Shown piece by piece: positions 26,629-36,132 of a stretch of DNA of 43,559 nucleotides. The stretch comes from Bradyrhizobium sp. (lineage in GTDB: Bacteria > Pseudomonadota > Alphaproteobacteria > Rhizobiales > Xanthobacteraceae), in contig DATNMT010000510.1 of assembly GCA_035602495.1 (NCBI GenBank), forward strand, positions 1 to 43,559. The letters run 5' to 3'. The notes beneath the pieces were generated by a model that saw only the letters and a list, made by a program, of their open reading frames with translations, made no database searches and had not been told where the DNA came from. Position 1 is the stretch's first letter, and each line of letters begins with the position of its first letter. The position numbers were made by a program, and so were the translations under genes.

Positions 26629-29133
26629 CTATTCTCTTCCGTCTTGAATCGAAAACGCGGCCGGCCGATCGCCGGAAAGCCAAGTTTGCCACATCCGCAG
26701 GTAGGCCGCTTCGATATTTCCAGTCAATTTTGGAAGATCGAACAAGGCGCTGGTGTCGCGGTTGCCTTGCAGTTTTTGCCGCAGCGCGGTCAAACGTGGC
26801 GGATCGCGCGCCAGCGCCAGCGCCAGCTGTTCATATTCCGCAAGCGATCGCGTCACCAGTTCCGGCAGGCCGATCGCGGTGAGGAGACTGCCGGCGACGC
26901 GGCCCGCAAAGGTGTCGCCGCTGCAGGTCAGCACCGGCAATCCCGTCCACAACGCATCGCTGGCGGTGGTGTGGGCGTTGCAGGGCAAGGTGTCGAGAAA
27001 CAGGTCGGCGTGCCGGTGACGCCCGAGATGCTCGGGGAATCGAACCAGCGGCGCGAAGATCAGCCGGTTCGAATCCACCCCGCGTTGTTCGGCCTCCTTC
27101 TGCAGATTGCCTTTGACCAGTTCGTTGGTCTCGAGCAGCCACAACACGCTGCCGGGAACCGACCGCAGCAGGCGCATCCAGATATCGAAGAAAGCCGGCG
27201 AGATCTTGTAGCTGTTGTTGAAGCTGCAGAACACCAGCCCCTCCGCCGGCAGCCCGCAGTCGCGCCGCGAGGTGGCCGCGGCCGCCACCTCGCGCCGCCG
27301 GTCGTTGGCCTGATAGCTGCCCGGAAGGTGAACCAGCTTCTCGGAGAAAAAGGCTTGCTGGTCGTCGGGCACGACGAAGGGGTCGACGATGATGTAGTCG
27401 ATGAAATCCGCCCCCATGGTGGCGGGGTAGCCGAGATAACTCACCTGCACCGGCGCCGGGCGCCAGGCCGCTATCGCCGGGCGGGCATGATGGGTGTAGC
27501 CCTTGAGATCGATCAGGATGTCGACCTCGTCGGCATGGATCAGCCCGGCGGCGTCGCGGTGCGACCGGGCCTGAATGTCGGTGAAGCGGTCGAAGCCGCG
27601 CACCAGCCGCGCCCGCATCGGGCTGTTGTCGTCCGGGCCGTAGGAATAGGCGAACACCTCGAAGCGGCTGCGATCGTGGCGCTCGAACAATTCCGCAATC
27701 AGCTGCGCGGTGGCGTGCTGATGAAAATCTCCGGACAGGTAGCCGAGACGAATGCGTTGCCGTTCGATGCCGGGCCGGTGCTGGAAGACGGCCTGCGGCG
27801 CCGGCTGGATCGGCCCGATCCAGTTGCGGGCGCAGCGCAGTTGATCCGATGCCGAGGCCGGCGTCCAAAGCAGGTAAAACGGCGGCACCCGAACGCCCTG
27901 CCGCACCAGCTCGACAAGCCTTTGCTGATCCGCTTCCAGACCATCCCACGCGCAGGCCTGGGCGCGATGGTAGGCGAGTTGGCTGAACGCTTCCGCATCA
28001 TCAGGCCGGAGCCGCAGCGCGTTGCGATAGGCCGCGATCGCTTGACCTAGATTGCCGAGTTCGCGCCAGGCGTTGCCCAGATTGTAATACGCCTCGGGGA
28101 AATCCGGCCTGAGCAGCAGCGCCTGTTCGAACGCCAGTCGCGCCTCGCCGGCGCGCCCCTCCGCCAACAACGCGGTTCCCAGGTTGTTGCTGGCATCGGC
28201 GTGGGCCGGCATGCGATCGAGCAGATGCCGATACAGATCGATCGCCTCACTTGCGCGTCCGAGTTCCTGCAGCACGATGCCGGCATTGTTGATCGCATCG
28301 AGATAGTCGGCTCGCAGGCCGGCCGCCTGACCATAGGCCAGCAGTGCCTCCTCCAGCCGGGCCTGCTGCTGTAGCACCGTACCGCGATTGTAATACGCTT
28401 CGGCGTAATCGGCTTTCAGCTCGACCGCCCTGGCGAAGGCCGAAAGCGCATCGTCGGGAAGGCCGCGGTCTTTCAGGACAGTGCCCAGATTGTTGTAGCC
28501 CTCGGCAATCCCGGGATGGAGCGCGATGACCCGCCGATACGCCGCCTCGGCGGCTTCCAACTGCTGCTGTTGGTGCAGGACGGCACCGAGGTTGAACTGC
28601 GCCTCTGCGTAGGCCGGCTTCAGCGCGACCGCTTCGCGAAAGCTGGAGGCCGCCTGGTCGAGGCTGCCCTGCATCTGCAGCAGCACGCCGAGATTGTTGT
28701 GGGCTTCGGCGTAATCGCGCTTCGCCGCAATCGCCGACCGATAGGCCGCCATCGCCTGTTCGAGGTGGCCTTGCTGCCGCAGCGCGTTGCCGAGCGCGAG
28801 ATGGGCCTGGGCATAATCCGGCTTCAGTTCGATCGCCTGCCGGTGAGCGGCAACCGCATTCGCCAGCCTGCCCTGCTGCTGCAGCACCGATCCGAGATTG
28901 TTGTAGCTCGCCGGATAATTCGGCCTCAGCTCGATCTCGCGGCGGATCAGCCGTTCGGCGCCGGCAAGATCGCCCTGCTGGGCCGCGATGATCGCGAGAT
29001 TGCCGAACGCGTCGGCATTGGTGGGGTCGATTTTCAACACCGACGCATACAGCCGCTTGGCATCCACGAGCGAGCCCCTGCGCTGCGCCGCCAGGGCATC
29101 TTTCAGCAACTGGTCAGGTGTCGAATGTGCCAC
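26629..29133 (-). CDS. TPR-repeat O-GlcNAc-transferase/SPINDLY-like GT41 glycosyltransferase
   Basis: About 11 TPRs, then RIRLGYLSGDFHQHAT, DLKGYT, PAPVQVSYLGYPATMG, FNNSYKI and DTLPCNAHTTASDALWTGLPVLT. GTG start. Confidence 0.9.
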   Translation of the reverse strand: MAHSTPDQLLKDALAAQRRGSLVDAKRLYASVLKIDPTNADAFGNLAIIAAQQGDLAGAERLIRREIELRPNYPASYNNLGSVLQQQGRLANAVAAHRQAIELKPDYAQAHLALGNALRQQGHLEQAMAAYRSAIAAKRDYAEAHNNLGVLLQMQGSLDQAASSFREAVALKPAYAEAQFNLGAVLHQQQQLEAAEAAYRRVIALHPGIAEGYNNLGTVLKDRGLPDDALSAFARAVELKADYAEAYYNRGTVLQQQARLEEALLAYGQAAGLRADYLDAINNAGIVLQELGRASEAIDLYRHLLDRMPAHADASNNLGTALLAEGRAGEARLAFEQALLLRPDFPEAYYNLGNAWRELGNLGQAIAAYRNALRLRPDDAEAFSQLAYHRAQACAWDGLEADQQRLVELVRQGVRVPPFYLLWTPASASDQLRCARNWIGPIQPAPQAVFQHRPGIERQRIRLGYLSGDFHQHATAQLIAELFERHDRSRFEVFAYSYGPDDNSPMRARLVRGFDRFTDIQARSHRDAAGLIHADEVDILIDLKGYTHHARPAIAAWRPAPVQVSYLGYPATMGADFIDYIIVDPFVVPDDQQAFFSEKLVHLPGSYQANDRRREVAAAATSRRDCGLPAEGLVFCSFNNSYKISPAFFDIWMRLLRSVPGSVLWLLETNELVKGNLQKEAEQRGVDSNRLIFAPLVRFPEHLGRHRHADLFLDTLPCNAHTTASDALWTGLPVLTCSGDTFAGRVAGSLLTAIGLPELVTRSLAEYEQLALALARDPPRLTALRQKLQGNRDTSALFDLPKLTGNIEAAYLRMWQTWLSGDRPAAFSIQDGRE

Positions 29134-29167
29134 GGCGCCGTTCGCGATCAGCGGAAAAACACCACCT

Positions 29168-29491
29168 TCACTCGCGCACCCGATAGTTGGTGTACTGGAT
29201 ATTGAAACTGGTTGCGCCGTAAAGCTTCACATAAATCATCGGACCGGAGAGCCGGACTTCGTCGATCGAGCGCGGCCCCTTGAACAGGGTCCCGTCATTC
29301 TCGTGGCCGGCGGCATAGATGACGGCCTGGCCGGTTGGCGGCGAAAGCGTGACGATCATGGTCACAGAGGACGCAGATTCCGGAATGTATTTCCAAACGT
29401 TGACCTCGACCGGCGCCGGCTCGACCGGTTCCTCGGGCGGGGTCTCGGCCTGCACCATCTGCACATAGGCTGGCGGCGACTGCATATCCAT
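29168..29491 (-). CDS. Hypothetical protein, 107 aa
   Basis: AGGGAG RBS. Pro/Glu-rich N-terminus and beta-rich C-terminus. Ends 34 nt before the GT41 start. Confidence 0.7.
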   Translation of the reverse strand: MDMQSPPAYVQMVQAETPPEEPVEPAPVEVNVWKYIPESASSVTMIVTLSPPTGQAVIYAAGHENDGTLFKGPRSIDEVRLSGPMIYVKLYGATSFNIQYTNYRVRE

Positions 29492-29620
29492 GGTCGGGCT
29501 CCCTGTAACTCTTGCAAGTCTACCAAGTTCTGTCTCTGCAAGGCGCTTGCAAAATCAAATCTTCAGGGCATTTGCTGCAGCCGTTGGATTGCCAAGCGAC
29601 CCGGAACAATCGTTCAACCA

Positions 29621-29655
29621 TAAGAAAAAGGGGGACTCTTGATCAAGTCCCCCTT
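29621..29655 (-). terminator. Intrinsic terminator after the porin gene
   Basis: AAGGGGGACT/AGTCCCCCTT stem followed by a U-rich tail on the minus strand. Confidence 0.7.
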
Positions 29656-29675
29656 CATCCCGTCTTCGCGAGCGC

Positions 29676-31331
29676 TCAGAAGTTGAACGTCATGCCTGTG
29701 GTGGCCGCACTGATGGTCGCGCCGCCGATCGTATTGTTGAACTGATCGCGGGAGCAGACCTGGTAGCCGTGGCCGCTAGCGCCCAGACAGTAATGTGCGC
29801 CCGGACCTTGCGTGAGTTCGGAGGCGACGACGTACCAGCTCGCCCAATCGCTGAAGTAGTAACGGGCGCCGATCGCATACTGGCTGGCGGAATCGTCGAA
29901 CAGATTGCCTTGCAAGGTTGCCAGCGGTGCAAGCGCCGCGGTGTTGAAGCTCAGCATCGCTGGGTTGCCGGGCGTTCTGAAGGCGTGGGCATAGGACGCG
30001 CTCAGGGCCCACTTGCCGATGTACTGCGTGGCGCTGGCGAACACGCCGTCGCGTGAGCGCTCGTTGAACGGCTGTTCCATCGGGGTCACTTCACGCCTGA
30101 TCCATTCGTAATAGGCGTTCAGCTGCAGATCGCCGATGCCGTCCTTGAAGCGATAGCCACCGCCGATCTTCGCGGCCCACTCGTTATGCGTGCCGGTGAA
30201 GACCTGGGATCCGTCGGCCAGGATGACCGGAGCAAACAACGCCGTGCCAGCCAAAGCTGGTTCGAGACCGTCGTCGCCGTGACGGTTGACCGCTTCATGG
30301 AGCTCATAGGCGGCCATCGCCGTGAACCCAGCGTTTTTGTAGGTCGCAGCAACGCTGTAGGCATTGCCGTACGAGCCGTCGGTACAGCCGTTGCCGCCGA
30401 TATTGCCGGGAAGCGCGCCGCCGGTGTTCGGGAAGTTGCTGCCGCTGCCGCGGGTCGACGCGCCGTTGCACTGGAAGTAGTCGCCGTAGGCGTAATCGCT
30501 GTTGTCCGGGGCGTAGTTCTGGCCCGGCGAGGCCAGCGCGCTGAACTGGAAGCCGTTCCATATCGGCGATTCGTACCAGACCGCGTGGTTCATGCGCCAA
30601 TCGAACTCGGCGCGGTTGTCGCCGCCGGTGTTGCCCATGATCGAGTTGTAGTCGCCAAGCGTCCGCGTGAACGGATCCATCGCCGCGGTGGCTTTCTTGT
30701 AGGGCGTATCGGTCTTGCCGGCCTTGATGGCGCCCCAAGGCCCCTCGATCCCTAAGAAGCTGTCGCGCGTTCCGAACGCCGCACGCTCGTTCGGGGCAGC
30801 CGCGATATCGACCTGCGATTCCAGTTGGGCCACGACCGCCCAGCCGTCCCAGCCATACGGCGAAAGGTTATGCCTGGCCCGAATGCCGAAGCTCGAAATG
30901 TTGCTTGCTACACCGAGCTTCGTTCCCTGATCGTAAACCGACGGATTGAAAACATCGCCGGACACGTCGATCGATCCGTAAATCGTGACCGTGGTGTTGT
31001 CGATCAGCGGTGTGAGAGGTCCGGCTTTTACGGGAATGCCGCCGATCATCGGGCCAGGCTTGGGAGCCGGCGACAACGCGACCGAGCCGTGCAGAACCGG
31101 ATTGCCCTTGAATTTGCTTGGATCGGTGACCGGCGCAGGCGCCGGCGCAACCACGACCGTCTTTGCACCGGACAGGCTTTTGACCTTCGCGCGCAGTTCG
31201 GCATTTTCCTTCTCGATCTTGTCGAGACGGGCCATCACGTCATCGAGTGTTGCCGATCGCGCCGTACCGCTGAACGATACCAGGCAGAGAGCAGCGCAAG
31301 CCGTTCCCGAAAGAAGTGCATTTCTTCTCAT
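29676..31331 (-). CDS. Outer-membrane porin with N-terminal coiled coil
   Basis: Signal peptide and coiled coil (LDKIEKENAELRAKV). Porin motifs VTIYGSIDVS, RDSFLGIEGPWGAIKAGKTDTPYK and VWYESP. C-terminal Phe. Confidence 0.85.
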   Translation of the reverse strand: MRRNALLSGTACAALCLVSFSGTARSATLDDVMARLDKIEKENAELRAKVKSLSGAKTVVVAPAPAPVTDPSKFKGNPVLHGSVALSPAPKPGPMIGGIPVKAGPLTPLIDNTTVTIYGSIDVSGDVFNPSVYDQGTKLGVASNISSFGIRARHNLSPYGWDGWAVVAQLESQVDIAAAPNERAAFGTRDSFLGIEGPWGAIKAGKTDTPYKKATAAMDPFTRTLGDYNSIMGNTGGDNRAEFDWRMNHAVWYESPIWNGFQFSALASPGQNYAPDNSDYAYGDYFQCNGASTRGSGSNFPNTGGALPGNIGGNGCTDGSYGNAYSVAATYKNAGFTAMAAYELHEAVNRHGDDGLEPALAGTALFAPVILADGSQVFTGTHNEWAAKIGGGYRFKDGIGDLQLNAYYEWIRREVTPMEQPFNERSRDGVFASATQYIGKWALSASYAHAFRTPGNPAMLSFNTAALAPLATLQGNLFDDSASQYAIGARYYFSDWASWYVVASELTQGPGAHYCLGASGHGYQVCSRDQFNNTIGGATISAATTGMTFNF

Positions 31332-31658
31332 GACGTTTTTCCCCACGTTCGAAGCCGATTCAACTTCGGAGCGAGGAAAGCCTAATGTATACCAAATGCC
31401 AAAAGGAAGGGTCGCAGACACGGTTAATGAAATATTCGTGATCTGTCACAAAAATGGTACAGGGGTACTTACCGCAGCGCACCAATGTTCCGCAACATGC
31501 GCCATTTTGGCGTGTCGCAGGAGCGCCCGTCACGAATTTGCCTGATTTTTCGGGGCCTTGCCCCAATTTCACTTCCCGGCTTATTTTTCCCGGCCGCGAG
31601 TTCCACAATCCCTGATTGTGCATCGCAGCACCTATTTCGCTACTGCGGAAGGGCGCGA

Positions 31659-32126
31659 TCAGTCGGCCCATGGTTTTTCGCCGCGGCCGATGCGTTCTGA
31701 AATCTCGGCCTGAAACGCCGGCGGACCGAAGGCAAACCAGTCCTCTTCGATTTGATAAATCAGCAGCCGTTTGTTTTCCGAACTGAACTTCATCAGCCAG
31801 TCCAGGGCTTTTTTCTTCGGTCGAACTCCAGCCGCAACGATCACGTCGACCGGCATATCGTGCCAGAAAAAATTGGCCGCCAGCATGATCATGTCGGACT
31901 TGTCCGGGCGCATCCATTCAGGCAGCGGACTTGAGGCGACCAGCCATCCGCAAACGAATTCGCGGCAGGGATGCTGCGGGCGTTCGCTGTAAATCGAACA
32001 TCGATGGTCGACGCTGAACGGACACGGCGTGCCCGGTCGAATCCGATGGCCGCGCACTTCGATCTGCAGCCAGCCGTCGCAACACGCCGTACAGCTTCCG
32101 CAGCTTCTTGGGGATTGCCGATCCAA
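31659..32126 (-). CDS. Cys-cluster protein, YkgJ/CxxCxxCC-like (Zn or Fe-S binding)
   Basis: RSCGSCTACC...CPF...CSIYSERPQHPCREFVCGW. Probable TTG start at 32126 after GAAGGG. Confidence 0.72.
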   Translation of the reverse strand: MDRQSPRSCGSCTACCDGWLQIEVRGHRIRPGTPCPFSVDHRCSIYSERPQHPCREFVCGWLVASSPLPEWMRPDKSDMIMLAANFFWHDMPVDVIVAAGVRPKKKALDWLMKFSSENKRLLIYQIEEDWFAFGPPAFQAEISERIGRGEKPWAD

Positions 32127-32291
32127 CCGAACGCCCTTCGCAAAAGTTAAAGGCCAACCCTGCGATCTATCGCTCCCCGGGGGCCGGCCGCAACGTTTTT
32201 GCGCCGCCCGAGGGGCGTTTTTGGCTGGGCCTCGCACCTGCCGATATGGTAAGTCTGACAAGTTCCAGGGGTTCGGCGGGCTTTGAGTCGC

Positions 32292-32804
32292 ATGATCGAG
32301 GTTACATCGGCGCATACAAGGAACGGCGGCATCGCGCATCTCGGCTCCCAGCCGATCGCGCTTGCCGCGGGCGCCCTCATCGTCATCGTGCTCGGCGTCG
32401 GCTCGATCGCGCTATGGCGCGCCTACACCGGCACGACGCCTGAACCGGATCGCGTCGTTGCCGCCCGCCAATTGCAGGCCAGGACCGCACAAGCCTCCGA
32501 GCAGCTTGTGGAGAAGACCAAGGGGCTGGAAGTCACCCAGCAGGAATCGATCGACCAGCTGCAGGTGGTCCAGGATCAGTTGCAAACCATGAAACGGCTG
32601 CTGGCTGCCCAGCAGGCCGACACCAAGCGCCTCTCCGAGCAGGTGTCGGGGCTCAACGAGGCGATCGACGGGCTGCGCCAGTCCTTCGCCAGCGCACGAG
32701 GCGCCGACGCGGCCAGCACGCCGTCGGCCCGCAACAAGCCGATCCGAACCAGATCGCACGCGACGACGACCGTCCACCGCAAGCCCGCCAAGTCGCGGAG
32801 CTAA
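32292..32804 (+). CDS. Membrane-anchored coiled-coil hypothetical protein
   Basis: One N-terminal TM helix, a long Gln/Leu heptad region and a basic tail. Confidence 0.72.
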   Translation: MIEVTSAHTRNGGIAHLGSQPIALAAGALIVIVLGVGSIALWRAYTGTTPEPDRVVAARQLQARTAQASEQLVEKTKGLEVTQQESIDQLQVVQDQLQTMKRLLAAQQADTKRLSEQVSGLNEAIDGLRQSFASARGADAASTPSARNKPIRTRSHATTTVHRKPAKSRS

Positions 32805-33168
32805 GGGCCAAGGCCAGTCTCCGAAACCAGTTTCCGAAACCATTGTGCTGCTCGCCGCGCGAGCCAACCCTCGCCCAAGGGAGGGACGGTACTTTTTTGG
32901 CCAATTGTGAAATGGATCACACATGCCCGTGGATTCCCGGGGCAAGCTGCAGATCACCGGATGGCGCAAGCCAATTTCAATATCCGGGGCTGGCAAGGCC
33001 GTTAGCGTTATACTGCGCCGACGGCCTTGTTTTTTATCCTGCTCAACTGGCCTGACCTGCCGAGCGATCCGCCGATGTCGGCGGCGTCCTCGCAAGCTGG
33101 TGATTTGCGTTCCCCGGGCATTGCTTGCTGTATGCGCTTTCCGACCAGTGCACCGAGGGAAATCCAGT

Positions 33169-34056
33169 ATGAGCGCCGAGCCCCTGCTGACATCCGATGT
33201 CATCGGACTGACAAAAGGCGCACCGTTTTCGCGCCGCGGCTTCATGACCGCCTCCGCCGCCGTGACGGCGGGCTATACGCTGGCGGCGGGCCCCGTCCGT
33301 GCCGACGTCATCACGACCGACACCGCAGGCCTCACCGCGGGAGACGCGAAAATAAAGGTGGCCGATGGCGAAATGCCCGGTTATTTCGCGCGCCCGGCCA
33401 ATGTGAGCAATCCGCCGGTGGTGCTGGTGGCGATGGAGATTTTCGGCCTGCACGAATATATCAAGGACGTGACGCGGCGCCTCGCCAAGCTCGGCGCCTT
33501 CGCGGTCGCGCCGGACTATTATTTCCGCAGAGGCGTCGATCTCACCAAGATATCCGATATTTCGCAGCTGTTGCCGATCGTCGATTCCAAGCCGGACGCC
33601 GAACTGCTTTCCGACCTCGACAGCACGGTGGCCTGGGCCAAGTCGCAAGGTGGCGACAGCGGCCGGCTCGGCATTGTCGGATTTTGCCGCGGTGGACGGA
33701 CGGTGTGGGAATATTCCGCCCACAATAGCGGCCTCAAGGCAGGTGTCGCGTTTTATGGGCCGCCGGTCGATCCGCCGAACCCGCTCTGGCCGAAGAGCCC
33801 GACCCAACTTGCTCCCGAGATGAAGGCGCCGGTGCTGGGGCTTTATGGCGCGGCGGATACCGGCATCCCCGTGGCCCAGGTCGAGGCGCTGAAGGCAGCG
33901 CTGGCGGCGGCGCACAAGACCGCCGAGTTCAAGATCTATCCGGGCGCACCGCACGGTTTCCACGCCGACTACCGGGCAAGCTATCGCAAGGAAGCCGCCG
34001 AAGACGGATGGAGTCAGATGCAGGCCTGGTTCAGGAAATACAAGGTGCTGGGCTGA
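33169..34056 (+). CDS. Dienelactone hydrolase family protein (Tat-like SRRGF leader)
   Basis: EIFGLHEYI, GFCRGG nucleophile, GAADTGI and HGFHADYR motifs. GAGG RBS. Confidence 0.92.
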   Translation: MSAEPLLTSDVIGLTKGAPFSRRGFMTASAAVTAGYTLAAGPVRADVITTDTAGLTAGDAKIKVADGEMPGYFARPANVSNPPVVLVAMEIFGLHEYIKDVTRRLAKLGAFAVAPDYYFRRGVDLTKISDISQLLPIVDSKPDAELLSDLDSTVAWAKSQGGDSGRLGIVGFCRGGRTVWEYSAHNSGLKAGVAFYGPPVDPPNPLWPKSPTQLAPEMKAPVLGLYGAADTGIPVAQVEALKAALAAAHKTAEFKIYPGAPHGFHADYRASYRKEAAEDGWSQMQAWFRKYKVLG

Positions 34057-34142
34057 CCGGCTTTGAAGCGATTTCGGGCGAAAGCCCATCCGTGGCGCGC
34101 AACGCTTGCCGCGCGCCTTGTTCAGGAAAGTAACGGCGCAAC

Positions 34143-34286
34143 CTATCCGAAGAAGCGGTCGCCGTTACGCCGCGGCTTGGACACCTGCTCGATCTCCCAA
34201 AGCATCCACACAAAGGCCGCACCCAAGCCGACGACGACGCCCAGAAAGAGCAGCGTCAGGCCGGGGACTGTGAGTATGGTGAGCAT
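34143..34286 (-). CDS. Small single-TM membrane protein (47 aa, not in the ORF track)
   Basis: AGGAAGG RBS, then MLTILTVPGLTLLFLGVVVGLGAAFVWMLWEIEQVSKPRRNGDRFFG*. Confidence 0.6.
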   Translation of the reverse strand: MLTILTVPGLTLLFLGVVVGLGAAFVWMLWEIEQVSKPRRNGDRFFG

Positions 34287-34740
34287 TCATCACCTTCCTG
34301 CAGGTGGATAATGCAAGCGGCGTACCAGCAGATGGCTTCCGTCAGATGGCCCGGGCCAGAATACACTGGGAAGACCCGATTTTTTCGCCACTTGCGAGCC
34401 CTCAACTTTAATTGACCGGGCCGGCGGCCGTGCCTCGGGAATCGGCCACGAATCTTGAAGCGAGCCGCCGGGTTCTCGACCGCGATCGGAAACCTGCACG
34501 CTCGGCTCAATTTCTATGCGGCGGCATCCGCACCGACGGCCTGATCGGTGCGGTCCTCGATCATGCCACGAACAAATGGGATTCTCGGTCCGGGCCACCG
34601 ATCTGAAGCCGTCGTACCGCGACCGTGCGACCCATTCAAACGTTTCGAATGTCTGGTGATTCGATGATAACCTTGCGGAAACCATCTGCGGCGGCCTTGC
34701 TCGAATGCGGGCGCCCGACCGCGGAAGGAGCGGAGGATTC

Positions 34741-34971
34741 GTGCGCAAGCTCATCGCCTTCGACGACGACACGTTCGACAAGCTGAAGCAGCTGGCGCGC
34801 GACCGGATGGCGACCATCCAGGAGCTGGCGGACGAGGCGTTCGCCGATCTGCTCGGGAAGCACGGCATTCCGGTCGACCTGAAGGACGCGCTGCGCAAGA
34901 GCGCGTCGCTTTCGAACGCGACGGCGACGGACGGCGTCAAGCCGGGCCGATCGAAGAAGCCGAAACCCTGA
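34741..34971 (+). CDS. Small hypothetical protein, probable ribbon-helix-helix DNA-binding fold
   Basis: GGAGGA RBS and GTG start. RKLIAF beta strand followed by two helices (DTFDKLKQLARDR, IQELADEAFADLL). Confidence 0.7.
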   Translation: MRKLIAFDDDTFDKLKQLARDRMATIQELADEAFADLLGKHGIPVDLKDALRKSASLSNATATDGVKPGRSKKPKP

Positions 34972-35006
34972 CGAAGCGGGCGGGAGCGAAGCCGCGCAAG
35001 CCGCGC

Positions 35007-35537
35007 TCAGCCGACTTTCCTCAGGCCTCTTCGGTAGCGCGCCCCGTTGGCGACGTAGAATTTCACAGTACTTCCTATCTCCGCAACCTGCGCGGGATCG
35101 AGCGTGCGGATCACCCGTGCCGGTGCGCCGATGATCAGGGAATGTTCGGGAAATTCCTTGCCTTCGGTGATCACCGCGCCCGCGCCGACAATGCTGCCGC
35201 GTCGGATCCTGGCGCCGTTCATGACGATCGAGCCCATCCCGACCAATGCGCCATCCTCCAGCGTGCAGCCGTGCAGGATGACGTTATGGCCGACCGTGCA
35301 GTTTTTTCCGATGGTCAGCGGAAAACCCATATCGGTGTGACAGGTCGAGTTATCCTGGACGTTGGAGCCTTCGCCGATCTCGATCCACTCGTTGTCGCCG
35401 CGCAGCACCGCGCCGAACCAGACGCTGGCTGAGTTCAAAAGACGCACCTTGCCGATCACGGTGGCGGTGTCGGCAATGAAGTAGTTTCCGTCGGCAGGGA
35501 GGTCGGGCGCCTGCCCGTCTAGTTCGTAGATCGCCAT
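35007..35537 (-). CDS. Gamma-carbonic anhydrase family (YrdA/PaaY-like) protein
   Basis: Hexapeptide repeats, LRGD motif, and Zn ligands in NVQDNSTCH and GHNVILHGC. Confidence 0.93.
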   Translation of the reverse strand: MAIYELDGQAPDLPADGNYFIADTATVIGKVRLLNSASVWFGAVLRGDNEWIEIGEGSNVQDNSTCHTDMGFPLTIGKNCTVGHNVILHGCTLEDGALVGMGSIVMNGARIRRGSIVGAGAVITEGKEFPEHSLIIGAPARVIRTLDPAQVAEIGSTVKFYVANGARYRRGLRKVG

Positions 35538-35586
35538 ATCGCATCAGTCTCCTGGTTCCGCGGAGACTTTGGCACAGCCGCGCTGC

Positions 35587-35916
35587 TCAGGCCAGCAATC
35601 CGGCGGCACGCAGCGTCATCAGGAAGAACGTGCCGGACATCATGCTCCAGAACCCCGCCAGCACGGTTGCCAGCATGACGAATTCGAAGCGGCGTCGTTC
35701 GATCTTGGCGCCACGCAGCGTATTGCGCATGATGATGAAGGGTGCGGCGAACACCAGGAACGGCACCGCGGCGAAGGTTTGCGGCGCCACGCCCTCCTGC
35801 AGCAGTCCGAAGCCGGCCGGGCGCTGCACCACCGCCTGATATCCGCTGGACAGCGCGCCAGCCAATGCGAACCCGATGCAAAGCGCAAACAGGGAATTCA
35901 ATGCATCAGGCGACAT
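35587..35916 (-). CDS. Small membrane protein (DUF6949-like)
   Basis: Three hydrophobic segments. Motifs PFLVFAAPFIIMRN and AGFWSMMSG. Confidence 0.75.
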   Translation of the reverse strand: MSPDALNSLFALCIGFALAGALSSGYQAVVQRPAGFGLLQEGVAPQTFAAVPFLVFAAPFIIMRNTLRGAKIERRRFEFVMLATVLAGFWSMMSGTFFLMTLRAAGLLA

Positions 35917-35988
35917 CGCACGCACTTCCGCTACCGGACCAGAACCGCCATTGCTTCGCAAAATTGGCTGGCCGCCGCCACATCATCC

Positions 35989-36003
35989 TTAAAGAAGGGT
36001 TAA
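35989..36003. promoter_or_regulatory. Consensus CtrA box
   Basis: TTAA-AGAAGGG-TTAA in the divergent intergenic region. Confidence 0.65.
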
Positions 36004-36132
36004 CGCGCGGAACCGGGAACCGCGGCCGAGGCATGGCTCACGGCTGCTGGTCGCGCGCGAAACCGTGCGGAATTTCGCTGCCGCATGGCATATTCGGCAG
36101 TGATTCGGCCAAGCCTTTCGGATGCTCCGTTC

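Noticed and set aside
24682-28050. 1122-aa plus-strand ORF
   Set aside because: Antisense shadow of the two TPR-GT41 genes. Arg/Gly-rich with no motifs, as expected in high-GC DNA.
25400-29100. Periodic repeated DNA (TTGTTG/GATTG motifs about every 102 bp) as a CRISPR or tandem array
   Set aside because: Explained by 34-aa TPR repeats in coding sequence. There are no identical repeats with unique spacers.
32815-32843. Short tandem repeat (TCCGAAACCA twice)
   Set aside because: Only two short copies just after a stop codon, most likely slippage.
34300-34740. Possible gene remnant or ncRNA in a long intergenic region
   Set aside because: Short ORFs lack RBS and motifs, and no convincing structure was found by eye.
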